In this document: positions 1 through 8,738 of the stretch, piece by piece
Layout of the letters: each line of letters begins with the position of its first letter
Numbering within the stretch: position 1 is the first letter of the stretch
NCBI GenBank assembly: GCA_025450915.1
Contig: JANWLH010000039.1
Location: 12,719 to 76,718, forward strand
From: Candidatus Limnocylindrales bacterium
GTDB taxonomy: Bacteria; Chloroflexota; Limnocylindria; Limnocylindrales; CSP1-4
DNA: 64,000 nucleotides
Direction of reading: 5' to 3'
The notes under the pieces: generated by a model
What the model was told of the DNA's origin: nothing
What the model saw: the letters and a program-made list of their open reading frames with translations, nothing else
The model's database searches: none
Position numbers and translations under genes: made by a program

Positions 1-220
1 TGTAGACCAGCACCTGGGCAGCGGCCACGAGCGGCGCGCCGATCAGCACGTACAGCCCGGCCAGGGCGGCGAAGCTGACCATCATCGCCAGCCCGCAGCG
101 GATGATGTCGCGGAGGGTGACGACGAGGATGGCCGTGCCGATCATGACCGTGCTCAGGATGATGAACAGGAGGTCATCCCAGCCGAGGTTGATGAACGGC
201 ACAGCGTCCGGTATCGCCAC
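1..220 (-). CDS. nuoJ: NADH-quinone oxidoreductase subunit J, 5' end only (gene continues past window start)
   Basis: Reverse-complement translation VAIPDAVPFINLGWDDLLFIILSTVMIGTAILVVTLRDIIRCGLAMMVSFAALAGLYVLIGAPLVAAAQVLVY matches the NuoJ N-terminus (AQxLVY motif). GTG start at 220 is preceded by a GGAGAGAGGAG Shine-Dalgarno. Lies 70 nt downstream of the G' gene on the same strand. Confidence 0.7.
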   Translation of the reverse strand, partial: MAIPDAVPFINLGWDDLLFIILSTVMIGTAILVVTLRDIIRCGLAMMVSFAALAGLYVLIGAPLVAAAQVLVY

Positions 221-290
221 GCGACTCCTCTCTCCTTTGACCTTGCCGGGCGACCGGATCGGGACCTCCCGATCGGCCGTCCAGGATCAG

Positions 291-2918
291 CTACTTCGTG
301 TGAGCGTGACCCGGCCCCGCACCGGCCCCACCACCGGCGTGACCGTTGCCTGAGCCGTTGCCATGGCCATTGCCGGCCGCGCCGCCGGGACCGGCGGCCA
401 GCTCGGCGACGACCGCCGCAGGCAGGACCGGCAGCAGCCGGCCGGGATCGACGATCCGGCCATCTGCCCGGGCGCGGTCGAGCCAGTCGCGCTCGCGCCG
501 GATGTAGGTCACCTCGGTGTCCCGATCGACCATCGCCAGGGCCATCAGGTCGATCGTCGGCTCCTGGCGGCTGGCATGGGCGAGCTCGAAGTCCGCCCCG
601 TCGCGCAGAGCATCGTACGGGCAGGCATCGACGCAGATCCCGCACAGGATGCAGCGGCTCTCGTCGACTTCGTACTTCTGGAGGATCCGTGGCTTGGGCA
701 TGAGCGCGCCCGTCGGGCAGGTCTCGGCGCACCGCCCGCAGGAGACGCAGGGCGTGTCGTTCAGGCTCATGTCGAGCGGCGTCGTGACCAGGGTGTCGAA
801 GCCGATCCGCATGAAGTCGTAGCAGGCGGCGCCGACGACCTCCGCGCAGACCTGGGCGCAGCGCCCGCAGTCGATGCAGCGCGACGGCTCGCGCAGGATG
901 AATGCGTGGCTGTCGTCGCGAATGTAGTCGTGGTTGATCCCGGTAAACCGGTTCTCTGACACGCTCCGATAGCCCGCGCCCTGGTGGAAGCCGGGCTCGA
1001 GGGTCGGCAGGGTGGTGCCGTACTCGATGCCCAGGCGGCGCAGGTCACAGAAGCCGATCGCCTCGCAGGTGCACTGGAGGCAGCGGGTGCTCTCGGCGAC
1101 CGCCTCGGCCGGGCTGTACGGGATCTCGTACTCGACATAGCTCTTGTTGCGCAGCTCCGGGTCCATGGCCTTGAGCCGGTAGCGGGGCTCCTTGACCTCG
1201 CTCGTGAACGGCACGATCGAGAGGAACTCGGGCTGCGGCTCGGCCAGCGTCTGGCGGGTCTTGAGCGCACCCAGATCGAGGCCCTTGACGAACGCGTCGA
1301 CGGCATAGGCGCTGCGCCGGCCCTCCGCGACCGCGGCGACCACGGTTGACGCCCCGATCCGGACGTCGCCCGAAGCGAACACGCCCGGCCGGCCGGTACC
1401 GAAGGTGACCGCATCGGCCTTCAGCCGGTGCTGTTTCGTCGTCTCGAGTCCAGCCGAACCGGGTCCGATCCAGGCCAGGTCCGGCCCCTGGCCGATCGCC
1501 AGCAGGACCCGGTCGCATTCGATCGTGAACTCGGTGCCCGGCGCTGGTTCGGGTCGGCGCCGGCCCGAAGCGTCTGGCTCGCCCATCTTGTTGCGGATGA
1601 ACTCGACCCCATTGACCCGGCCCTTGGCGTCGACCAGGACCCGGATCGGCGCGGCCTGGAAGATCGCCGTGGCGCCTTCCTCGATCGCCTCGTGGACCTC
1701 GTCGGACGCGGGCATGTCCTTCATGTCGCGGCGATAGACGAGGGTCACCTCGGCCGCCCCCTGGCGAATCGACGTGCGGGTGCAGTCCATCGTGGTGAAG
1801 CCGCCGCCGATGACCACGACCCGCTTGCCGGCATGGCCCGGGAACGGCAGTCCCAGGGTCGCCGTCTTGAGGTAGTCGAGTCCCTCGAAGACGCCGTCGG
1901 CGTCCTCGTTCGGGACCCCCAGCTTGTTCGTCGCGTAGCAGCCGATCGTGACCAGGACCGCGTCGTAGCCCTGGCCCTGCAGGTCATCCAGGCTGAAGTC
2001 GCGGCCGAGGCCCTGGTTGCACTCGATCCGGCCGCCCAGGCGCGAGATGCTTTCGTACTCGGCCTCGAGGATCTCGACCTTGGGTAGCCGGTACTGGGGG
2101 ATGCCGTAGCGGAGCATCCCGCCGGGGGCCGCGTCACGCTCGAAGACCGTCACCTCGTGGCCGGCGATCAGCAGGTAATACGCGGCGGCCATGCCGGCCG
2201 GGCCCGAGCCGATCACGGCGACCCGCCGGCCGGTCTTCGGCTGGACCTCGTACGGGACCGGTGGATCAACGCCCTCGTTGAGCATCGCCCTGATCACCTG
2301 GTCGCCCGCGTACCGGTGGCTGTCCCGGATCGCGATCGCCTCGTCGACCTCGTCCCGCCGGCAGTGCTCTTCGCATGGGGCCGGACAGACCCGGCCGAGG
2401 ATGGACGGGAACGGGATCGTGCGCTTGAAGATCCGGCTCGACTCGCGCCAGTTGCCCTCGGCGTTCTGCTTGAGGAAGCCCGGGATGTCGATGTGACTGG
2501 GGCACTTGTTCTGGCAGGGCGGCAGGCAGTAGGCGTTGTGATCGCTGAAGATGAACTCGAGGTTCGTCTTGCGCAGGCGGCGCACCGCTTCGGTCTGGGT
2601 GGCGACCTTCATGCCTTCTTCGGCCGCCCGCGAGCAGGAGATCGGCGGATGCTCCTCGCCCTCGACCTCCACGACGCACATCCGGCAGGCACCGAAGCCG
2701 GGCAGCTTGGGTTCGTAGCACAGGGTCGGGATCTCGATCCCGTTGTCGCGGCAGACCTCGAGGATCGTCTGGCCGGCGCGACCCTCGACGACCCGCCCGT
2801 CGACCTCGACCCGGATCACCGGATCCGACTGCGGGCGCTGGGGCGCCTGGGTCGTGAGCAGGCGCTCGGACAGGGAGATCTCGGGCGGCGGGGCAGGGCG
2901 TGCGATCAGCTCGGTCAT
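291..2918 (-). CDS. Multidomain iron-sulfur flavoprotein at the NuoG position: NuoG-type [2Fe-2S] domain + GltD-like FAD/NAD(P)H module + C-terminal multi-[4Fe-4S] ferredoxin region; no molybdopterin-like domain; His/Gly-rich C-terminal tail
   Basis: N-terminal 2Fe-2S motif CYEPKLPGFGACRMCVVEV...ISCS. The GltD-like block matches E. coli GltD along its length (GRVCPAPCEEHC, GRRVAVIGSGPAGMAAAYYL, GGMLRYGIPQYRLPK, NEDADGVFEGLDYL, GKRVVVIGGGFTTMDCTRTSIRQGA, MGEPDASGRRRPE, VFASGDVRIGASTVVAAVAEGRR). C-terminal part carries CIDCGRCAQVC, CVSCGRCAETCP and CILCGICVDACP. Tail is GNGHGNGSGNGHAGGGAGAGPGHAH. Start overlaps the nuoF stop (ATGA). Confidence 0.8.
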   Translation of the reverse strand: MTELIARPAPPPEISLSERLLTTQAPQRPQSDPVIRVEVDGRVVEGRAGQTILEVCRDNGIEIPTLCYEPKLPGFGACRMCVVEVEGEEHPPISCSRAAEEGMKVATQTEAVRRLRKTNLEFIFSDHNAYCLPPCQNKCPSHIDIPGFLKQNAEGNWRESSRIFKRTIPFPSILGRVCPAPCEEHCRRDEVDEAIAIRDSHRYAGDQVIRAMLNEGVDPPVPYEVQPKTGRRVAVIGSGPAGMAAAYYLLIAGHEVTVFERDAAPGGMLRYGIPQYRLPKVEILEAEYESISRLGGRIECNQGLGRDFSLDDLQGQGYDAVLVTIGCYATNKLGVPNEDADGVFEGLDYLKTATLGLPFPGHAGKRVVVIGGGFTTMDCTRTSIRQGAAEVTLVYRRDMKDMPASDEVHEAIEEGATAIFQAAPIRVLVDAKGRVNGVEFIRNKMGEPDASGRRRPEPAPGTEFTIECDRVLLAIGQGPDLAWIGPGSAGLETTKQHRLKADAVTFGTGRPGVFASGDVRIGASTVVAAVAEGRRSAYAVDAFVKGLDLGALKTRQTLAEPQPEFLSIVPFTSEVKEPRYRLKAMDPELRNKSYVEYEIPYSPAEAVAESTRCLQCTCEAIGFCDLRRLGIEYGTTLPTLEPGFHQGAGYRSVSENRFTGINHDYIRDDSHAFILREPSRCIDCGRCAQVCAEVVGAACYDFMRIGFDTLVTTPLDMSLNDTPCVSCGRCAETCPTGALMPKPRILQKYEVDESRCILCGICVDACPYDALRDGADFELAHASRQEPTIDLMALAMVDRDTEVTYIRRERDWLDRARADGRIVDPGRLLPVLPAAVVAELAAGPGGAAGNGHGNGSGNGHAGGGAGAGPGHAHTK

Positions 2919-4204
2919 CGGGCGGCTTGCTCCGCGGCGGGCTGGAGCTTCGCGTCCAGCTCGGGTCGGAAGTATCGCATCACGCTGGTCATCGGAAGTG
3001 TCGCCAGGCGCTCGTGGTCACACAGGCCGCTGGCGACGATGTCCGCGGACAGGTCGCCGATCAGGTCCGCATCCGTCGGTCGCGGGGTCCCGGCATTGAT
3101 CCGGACCGCGATCTCCTCGAGGCGCCGAGTCCCGATCCGGCAGGGGATCGTCTTGCCGCACGCCTCGGTGGAGCAGAACCTGGTGAGGAGCTCGGCGAGC
3201 TCGAGGACGTCGGCGTTGGCGGCCGTGGCGACGATCGAGCCCGAGCCGATGTGCGCCCCGGCCGTCCGCAGGTCGTCGAAGGTATACGGGGTGTCGAGCA
3301 GGTCGGCCGGCAGGATTCCGCCCGATGGTCCGCCGACGAGGAGGGCCTTGGGCGGCGGGCCGGTCCGGGTCGTTGCCCCGACGAGGCCCAGGATCGTCCT
3401 GATGGTCGTGCCCAGCGGCACTTCGGCAACGCCCGCGCCGCCCGTCCCGCGGACGTGGACGAGGATCGTGCCCGGGGCATCAGGCGTGCCGATCGTCCGG
3501 AACTTGGCCGCACCTTCATGCATGATCCAGGCCGCCAGGGCCAGGGTCTGCACGTTCTGGACGACCGTTGGGCGGCCGAAGAGCCCGCGCTCGGCGGGAT
3601 GCGGTGGCCGCTGCTCGGGCTGGCCGCGCCTGCCCTCGAGCGCCTTGAGCAGGACGGTCTCCTCGCCGAGCATGTAGGCACCCTGGACCGGGCGGACCTC
3701 GACGTTGAGCTCATGGCCGGTGTCGAGGACGTCGCCACCGATGAAGCCGGCGTCCTCGGCGGCCCCGAGGGCGGCCTCGAGCCGCCGGATTGCCTCGGTC
3801 TCGGTCGCCCGGACGGCGATGATCGCGGTGTCGGCACCGATCGCCCAGGCGGCGATCGCGACGCCCTCGATCACGGCGTATGGGTCGCGCTCGATCAGGG
3901 TCGCATCGGTGCGCGTGGCGGGGTCCGCGCCGTAGCCGTTGGCCACGACGTAGCGCCGATCGGCAGGGGTGGTTGCGGCCAGGTGCCACTTGTCGGCCGT
4001 CAGGAAGCCCGCGCCGCCCCGACCGCGCAGGCCGGCCGCCCGGATCTCCGCGATGACGCCGGGAGGGGCGAGCCGTACCGCGATCCTGAGGCCCTCGAAG
4101 GCGCCGGCCTTGACGGCCGCGTCGAGATCGGTCGGATCCTTGGCGCCGGCCCGTCCCAGGATGGGCTGGGGCCAGCTCGCGGGTGTCTTGAGGAGGTCGG
4201 TCAT
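2915..4204 (-). CDS. nuoF: NADH-quinone oxidoreductase subunit F (51-kDa flavoprotein) with a variant N3-cluster motif
   Basis: FMN motif LRGRGGAGF and NADH motif YMLGEETVLLKALEGRRGQP are present. The N3 region reads STEACGKTIPCRIG...LCDH, where the canonical ESCGxCxPCR middle cysteine is absent. Confidence 0.85.
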   Translation of the reverse strand: MTDLLKTPASWPQPILGRAGAKDPTDLDAAVKAGAFEGLRIAVRLAPPGVIAEIRAAGLRGRGGAGFLTADKWHLAATTPADRRYVVANGYGADPATRTDATLIERDPYAVIEGVAIAAWAIGADTAIIAVRATETEAIRRLEAALGAAEDAGFIGGDVLDTGHELNVEVRPVQGAYMLGEETVLLKALEGRRGQPEQRPPHPAERGLFGRPTVVQNVQTLALAAWIMHEGAAKFRTIGTPDAPGTILVHVRGTGGAGVAEVPLGTTIRTILGLVGATTRTGPPPKALLVGGPSGGILPADLLDTPYTFDDLRTAGAHIGSGSIVATAANADVLELAELLTRFCSTEACGKTIPCRIGTRRLEEIAVRINAGTPRPTDADLIGDLSADIVASGLCDHERLATLPMTSVMRYFRPELDAKLQPAAEQAAR

Positions 4205-4208
4205 CGGA

Positions 4209-4877
4209 TCAGTGCACGCGTCCAGAGGGCTTCGTCGTGCCCGAGATCGCCTGGCCGAGGCCGCTCAGGTAGTCACCTTCGATGACCTCCCGGTCGGTGG
4301 CCGCCCCCTTGGATGGAGCCGGGGGTGCGAACCGGAGGTGGTCGTAGTACGTCGCCGTTCCGTAGACCATCGCGTACCAGGCCCCGGTCCCGAAGCTGAT
4401 CCGCTTGAGCGCCGCGACCGGCAGGTAGCCGTAGGCGGCCTGGGTCGCGGCAAGGATCTCGAGCATCCGCTTCGGATCGTGGTCGGCGTCGTGCAGGATC
4501 GCGTCGACCGGCCCGAGGTCGATCGGGCTCCAGTGCTCGTAGGCCACGTCGGGCACGGTCCGTCCGGCGCGGCGCAGGGCAGACTCCTCGCGCCGCTCGC
4601 CGTACGTCTCGGAGGCACCCCAGTGCACGGCGTAGCGACCCTTCGTGTCGACGCCGCCCATGTCGATGCACTCGATCGGGCAGGCCTGGGCGCACTGGAA
4701 ACAGGTCTCGCACTTGAGCGTGCCGTGCTCGTCGTAGAGGAGTTGCAGCCGGCCTCGGAACTTGGGCGAGACATCGGCCGGGACCTCCGGGTACAGGATC
4801 GTGGCCTTGGGCTGGAAGAACCGGAGCAGGGTCAGGCCCATCCCGCGCACGATGCCCAGGCCCGGGATCAGGCTCAT
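4209..4877 (-). CDS. Fusion protein: N-terminal NuoI-like domain with a single [4Fe-4S] motif + C-terminal NuoE N-terminal helical domain lacking the [2Fe-2S] thioredoxin-like domain
   Basis: YPEVPADVSPKFRGRLQLLYDEHGTLKCETCFQCAQACPIECIDM aligns to the NuoI first cluster region. The second CxxCxxCxxxCP motif is absent in all frames. C-terminal LEILAATQAAYGYLPVAALKRISFGTGAWYAMVYGTATYYDHLRF aligns to the NuoE N-terminal segment (..LPxxAxxxIxxxLGxxxxxVYGVATFYxxF). No Cys-bearing NuoE domain fits before the nuoF start 4 nt downstream. Confidence 0.7.
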   Translation of the reverse strand: MSLIPGLGIVRGMGLTLLRFFQPKATILYPEVPADVSPKFRGRLQLLYDEHGTLKCETCFQCAQACPIECIDMGGVDTKGRYAVHWGASETYGERREESALRRAGRTVPDVAYEHWSPIDLGPVDAILHDADHDPKRMLEILAATQAAYGYLPVAALKRISFGTGAWYAMVYGTATYYDHLRFAPPAPSKGAATDREVIEGDYLSGLGQAISGTTKPSGRVH

Positions 4878-4887
4878 GCCGCGGACC

Positions 4888-6228
4888 TCACCGGTTCACG
4901 ACCAGGATGGCGCCGGCGGTCACGAACAGGTTGAGCAGGGACGCCGGCAGCAGCCACTTCCAGGCAAAGCCCATGAGCTGGTCGATCCGGACCCGCGGCA
5001 GGGTGCCCCGCATCCACACGAACGTGAAGACGAAGACGTAGGTCTTGCCCATGAACCACAGCAGGCCCACGACCCAGTCGAAGCTCACGAAGGCCAGCCC
5101 GAGGACCGCGGCGACCGCGAGCAGGTTGAACAGCACGAAGCCGATGATCAGGGCCTGCCAGAACTTGACCTGGCTGTTGAGCAGGTAGAACGGCAGTCCG
5201 AGGACGACGATCGCCAGCGGCGGGCCGAGGGCCAGCAGGAAGAGCAGGCCGATCCCCAGACCGCCCGGATCGAGGCCGACGGTCACCGGCCAGGGCCAGT
5301 TGAACGGGGCGTTCCAGCCGCCCATGAACAGGGCGACGGTCAGGCCCGAGGCGATGAACACATTGACGTACTCGGCGAAGAAGAAGAAGCCGAAGCGCAT
5401 CCCCGAGTACTCGGTGGCGAAGCCGGCCACGATCTCCGAGTCGGCCTCGGTCAGGTCGAACGGCGTCCGGTTCGCTTCGGCGGTCACCGCGATGAAGAAG
5501 ATCACGAACGCCAGCGGCTGGCGAAAGACGTACCAGTCCAGGACGGTGCCGGCCTGCCCGAGGACGATCTTGTTGATGCTCAAGGTGCCCGCGAGGAGCA
5601 CCACCCCGACGACCGACAGGGTCAGCGGGATCTCGTAGCTGACGATCTGGGCCGCCGAGCGCAGGCCGCCCAGGAGCGAGTACTTGTTGAAGCTGGCCCA
5701 GCCGGCCATCAGCAGGCCGACGACGGTCAGGCCGCCCATCGCGAAGAAGTACAGCAGCCCGATGTTGAAGTCCTGGCCGAAGATTCCCGGGGCGAACGGC
5801 AGGACGAGCAGCGACATGACGCTCGACATGTAGACGACGACCGGCGCGAGGGTGAAGACCGGCACGTCGGCGCTCGTCGGGGTGAAGTCCTCCTTCATCA
5901 GGACCTTGAGCCCGTGGACCACCGAGAGCGCCGAGCCGAACGGGCCCACCCGGTCCGGGCCGTAGCGCAGGTTCATCAGCGCGATCACCTTCATCTCCAT
6001 GTAGATGATCAGGAAGGCGCTGGGCACGGTCATCAGGAGGACGATCGTGGCGGCCACCACGAACCGGACGAGCGGCAGGTTGTCGACCAGGAACTGGACG
6101 ACTGCCCCGCCGACCAGGGCGATCAGCACGGCCAGGCCGGCCGTCAGGACCGCTCCGAGGGGGATGACGACTGCCAGGATCTTGCCCGGGATCGTCAGCC
6201 GCTCCCAGGTCCTTCCAACCACGGTCAT
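4888..6228 (-). CDS. nuoH: NADH-quinone oxidoreductase subunit H
   Basis: Polytopic membrane protein with NuoH hallmarks (EYSGMRFGFFFFAEY, RTPFDLTEADSEIVAGF). Confidence 0.9.
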   Translation of the reverse strand: MTVVGRTWERLTIPGKILAVVIPLGAVLTAGLAVLIALVGGAVVQFLVDNLPLVRFVVAATIVLLMTVPSAFLIIYMEMKVIALMNLRYGPDRVGPFGSALSVVHGLKVLMKEDFTPTSADVPVFTLAPVVVYMSSVMSLLVLPFAPGIFGQDFNIGLLYFFAMGGLTVVGLLMAGWASFNKYSLLGGLRSAAQIVSYEIPLTLSVVGVVLLAGTLSINKIVLGQAGTVLDWYVFRQPLAFVIFFIAVTAEANRTPFDLTEADSEIVAGFATEYSGMRFGFFFFAEYVNVFIASGLTVALFMGGWNAPFNWPWPVTVGLDPGGLGIGLLFLLALGPPLAIVVLGLPFYLLNSQVKFWQALIIGFVLFNLLAVAAVLGLAFVSFDWVVGLLWFMGKTYVFVFTFVWMRGTLPRVRIDQLMGFAWKWLLPASLLNLFVTAGAILVVNR

Positions 6229-7464
6229 CTACTTGTCCACCCCGCCCATGACCGGATCGAGCGAGGCCATGATCGCCATCGTGTCGGCGATCAGGTTGCC
6301 GGGCGTCAGCAGGCCGACGGCCTGGAGGTGGACGAAGCTCGGGTCGTGGATCCGCATCCGATACGGCTGGTCCGTCCCGTCGCTGATCGCGTAGGTCGAG
6401 TACTGGCCGCGCGGGCCTTCGACCGCCGCGTAGGCCCGGCCCGGCCGGGGGCGGATGAGGCGGGGCATCTTGGCCATGACCGGCCCGTCGGGCATCTCGT
6501 GGAGGCACTGGTCGATGATCCGCAGGCTCTGCTTGATCTCGTCCATCCGGAGCAGGTAGCGGGCCAGGCAGTCACCCTCGGTCCGCGACGGAATGTCGAA
6601 GTCCAGCTCGGGATAGATGCTGTACGGGTGGGCCCGGCGGACGTCGAAGGGAACGCCGGTCGCCCGCAGGTTCGGGCCGGTCATGCACATGTTCAGCGCG
6701 GTGGCCGTGTCGATGACCCCCAGGCCCCGGGCGCGCCGGACGAAGATCTCGTTCTCGTTGAGCAGGGCGTTGTTCGAGTCGATCTGGTGGGTTGCCTTGC
6801 TCATCCAGGTGCCCAGCCGGCTCATGAACTCATGGTTCAGGTCGCCGTTCACCCCGCCGATCCGGAAGTAGTTGAAGAGCATCCGCTGGCCGGTCAGGGC
6901 CGCCAGCATCTCGACGATCTCGTCGCGCTCGATGAAGCTCCACAGGATCGGCGTCAGGCCGCCCAGGTCGAGCGCGAACCAGCCCATGAAGAGGGCGTGG
7001 CTGGCAATCCGGTTGAGCTCACCCGAGAGGACCCGGATGTACTCCGCCCGACGGGGCACCTGCACGTCGAGGAGCTTCTCGAAGGCGATCACCGGCGACC
7101 ACTCGCAGAAGAGCGAGCTGATGTACTCGAGAGGATCGGTGTAGCAGATCGCCTGGTGGTAGTCGGCGTTCTCGCACAGCTTCTCGACGCCCCGGTGGAG
7201 ATAGCCCAGGACCGGATCGAGATCGACGACGTTCTCGCCGTCGATCTTGAGGACGATCCGGAGAACGCCGTGGGTCGACGGGTGCTGAGGGCCCATGTTC
7301 ACGAACATCTCGCCGTCGCGGAGCGTGTAGAACTCGGCCTCGCGCTCCGTCCGGGGCGGGTACGGCGGGATCGGCTCGAACGTGCCGAGAGCCTCGTCGA
7401 GGGTGACCCGCGGATCGTCCGACGAGGCGTGGGCGGGGATGTCGAAGGGCGTTCGGGTGGTCAT
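6229..7464 (-). CDS. nuoD: NADH-quinone oxidoreductase subunit D (49-kDa)
   Basis: 411 aa with HRGVEKLCE and the NuoD C-terminal region. Abuts the nuoH start. Confidence 0.9.
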   Translation of the reverse strand: MTTRTPFDIPAHASSDDPRVTLDEALGTFEPIPPYPPRTEREAEFYTLRDGEMFVNMGPQHPSTHGVLRIVLKIDGENVVDLDPVLGYLHRGVEKLCENADYHQAICYTDPLEYISSLFCEWSPVIAFEKLLDVQVPRRAEYIRVLSGELNRIASHALFMGWFALDLGGLTPILWSFIERDEIVEMLAALTGQRMLFNYFRIGGVNGDLNHEFMSRLGTWMSKATHQIDSNNALLNENEIFVRRARGLGVIDTATALNMCMTGPNLRATGVPFDVRRAHPYSIYPELDFDIPSRTEGDCLARYLLRMDEIKQSLRIIDQCLHEMPDGPVMAKMPRLIRPRPGRAYAAVEGPRGQYSTYAISDGTDQPYRMRIHDPSFVHLQAVGLLTPGNLIADTMAIMASLDPVMGGVDK

Positions 7465-7481
7465 GGTCGGGCTCGTGCTCG

Positions 7482-8033
7482 CTAGCTCGACGAGGCCTGG
7501 CGGACGTGGGCGGCCGTCTCGGCGTTCGTCGGCCCGTGCGTCTGCTCCATCGGTCGAACGCCGCCACCGGGCGAGCGCGAGGCGTCATCGGGCAGGAAGA
7601 AGTCCTTGCGCAGCGGGAAGCTCGTGTAGTCCGGCGGCATGTAGATCCGGCGCAGGTCGCGATTGCCCTCGAAGGTGATCCCGAACATGTCGTACGCCTC
7701 GCGCTCCATCCACTCGGCGCCCTTCCACAGGAACGTGACCGAGGGGACCCGCGGGTCGTCGCGGGAAAGGCCGTCGGCGATCACCCGCAGCCAGTCGGCC
7801 GACGAATCGCTCCACAGGTGATAGACAGTCTGCATCGTCGTGCCGGTGTCGACGCCGGCCAGGTCCGAGAGGAGCCGGAAGCGGAGATCGGGCTCATCGT
7901 GGAGGGCGAGCATCACCTCGGGCAGGTCACCGGGCGCGATCCGGATCTCCGTCTCGTCATGGCGCTGGCGCACCGGGCCGGTGAGCTCCTCGCCGAACCG
8001 GGCCTCGAGGCGGCGCCGCAGGGCTCGATCCAC
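7482..8033 (-). CDS. nuoC: NADH-quinone oxidoreductase subunit C (30-kDa), separate from NuoD
   Basis: 183 aa, NuoC-like (..[32 protein letters not shown]..). Confidence 0.85.
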   Translation of the reverse strand: MDRALRRRLEARFGEELTGPVRQRHDETEIRIAPGDLPEVMLALHDEPDLRFRLLSDLAGVDTGTTMQTVYHLWSDSSADWLRVIADGLSRDDPRVPSVTFLWKGAEWMEREAYDMFGITFEGNRDLRRIYMPPDYTSFPLRKDFFLPDDASRSPGGGVRPMEQTHGPTNAETAAHVRQASSS

Positions 8034-8738
8034 CTACAGGTCCTCGGGCACGGTGGGGCCGATCGGCCGGTCGGGCCAGTGGCCGCGGCGGTCCTTGATC
8101 AGCTGCTGGAGCTTCATCATCCCGTAGATCAGGCCCTCGGGGCGGGGCGGGCAGCCGGGCACGTAGACATCGACCGGCATGATCCGGTCGATCCCCTGGA
8201 TCGTGCTGTAGCTGCGCTTGTAGCGGCCACCCGAGCAGGTGCAGTCACCCATCGCCACGCACCATTTCGGCTCGGGCATCTGCTCCCAGAGACGGACGAG
8301 CGGGCCGGCCATCTTCGTCGTGCAGGTCCCGGCCACGATCAGGACGTCGGCCTGGCGCGGCGATGCCCGGAACGGGAACATTCCCCAGCGGTCCATGTCG
8401 TTCTTGCTGGTCGCCGCGGACATCATCTCGATGGCGCAGCAGGCCAGCCCCGAGAGCAGCGGCCAGAGGCTGTTGGCCCGGATCAGGTCGAGGACGATAT
8501 CGGCCTTGGTCGGGATGATCTCGAGCGGCCCGGCCCAGCGAGCGTTGTCGCGCCGGCCGAGACCCGATTCCTCGAACTCGCGCAGGTGGGTGATGTCCGA
8601 TTCCTGGCCGCCGTTGTAGGCGACCGGGTTGCTCGACTGCCAGAGCGTGTTCGGGACGATCACGGGCTCGACGAGATCGCGGCCCTCGGTGATGACCGCG
8701 GGCAGGTTGCCCACTGGTCCGTCGGGCTTCAGCGCCAC
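8034..8738 (-). CDS. nuoB: NADH-quinone oxidoreductase subunit B (20-kDa, N2 cluster) with ~60-aa N-terminal extension
   Basis: [30 protein letters not shown] motifs. Start overlaps the nuoA stop. Confidence 0.9.
   Translation of the reverse strand: MALKPDGPVGNLPAVITEGRDLVEPVIVPNTLWQSSNPVAYNGGQESDITHLREFEESGLGRRDNARWAGPLEIIPTKADIVLDLIRANSLWPLLSGLACCAIEMMSAATSKNDMDRWGMFPFRASPRQADVLIVAGTCTTKMAGPLVRLWEQMPEPKWCVAMGDCTCSGGRYKRSYSTIQGIDRIMPVDVYVPGCPPRPEGLIYGMMKLQQLIKDRRGHWPDRPIGPTVPEDL

Noticed and set aside
4762-7485. 907-aa plus-strand ORF (Asp/Glu/Arg/His-rich) spanning nuoH–nuoD on the opposite strand
   Set aside because: It lies antisense to two strongly conserved genes. Its composition is low-complexity, typical of stop-codon-poor alternative frames in 70% GC DNA. 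No motif is present.
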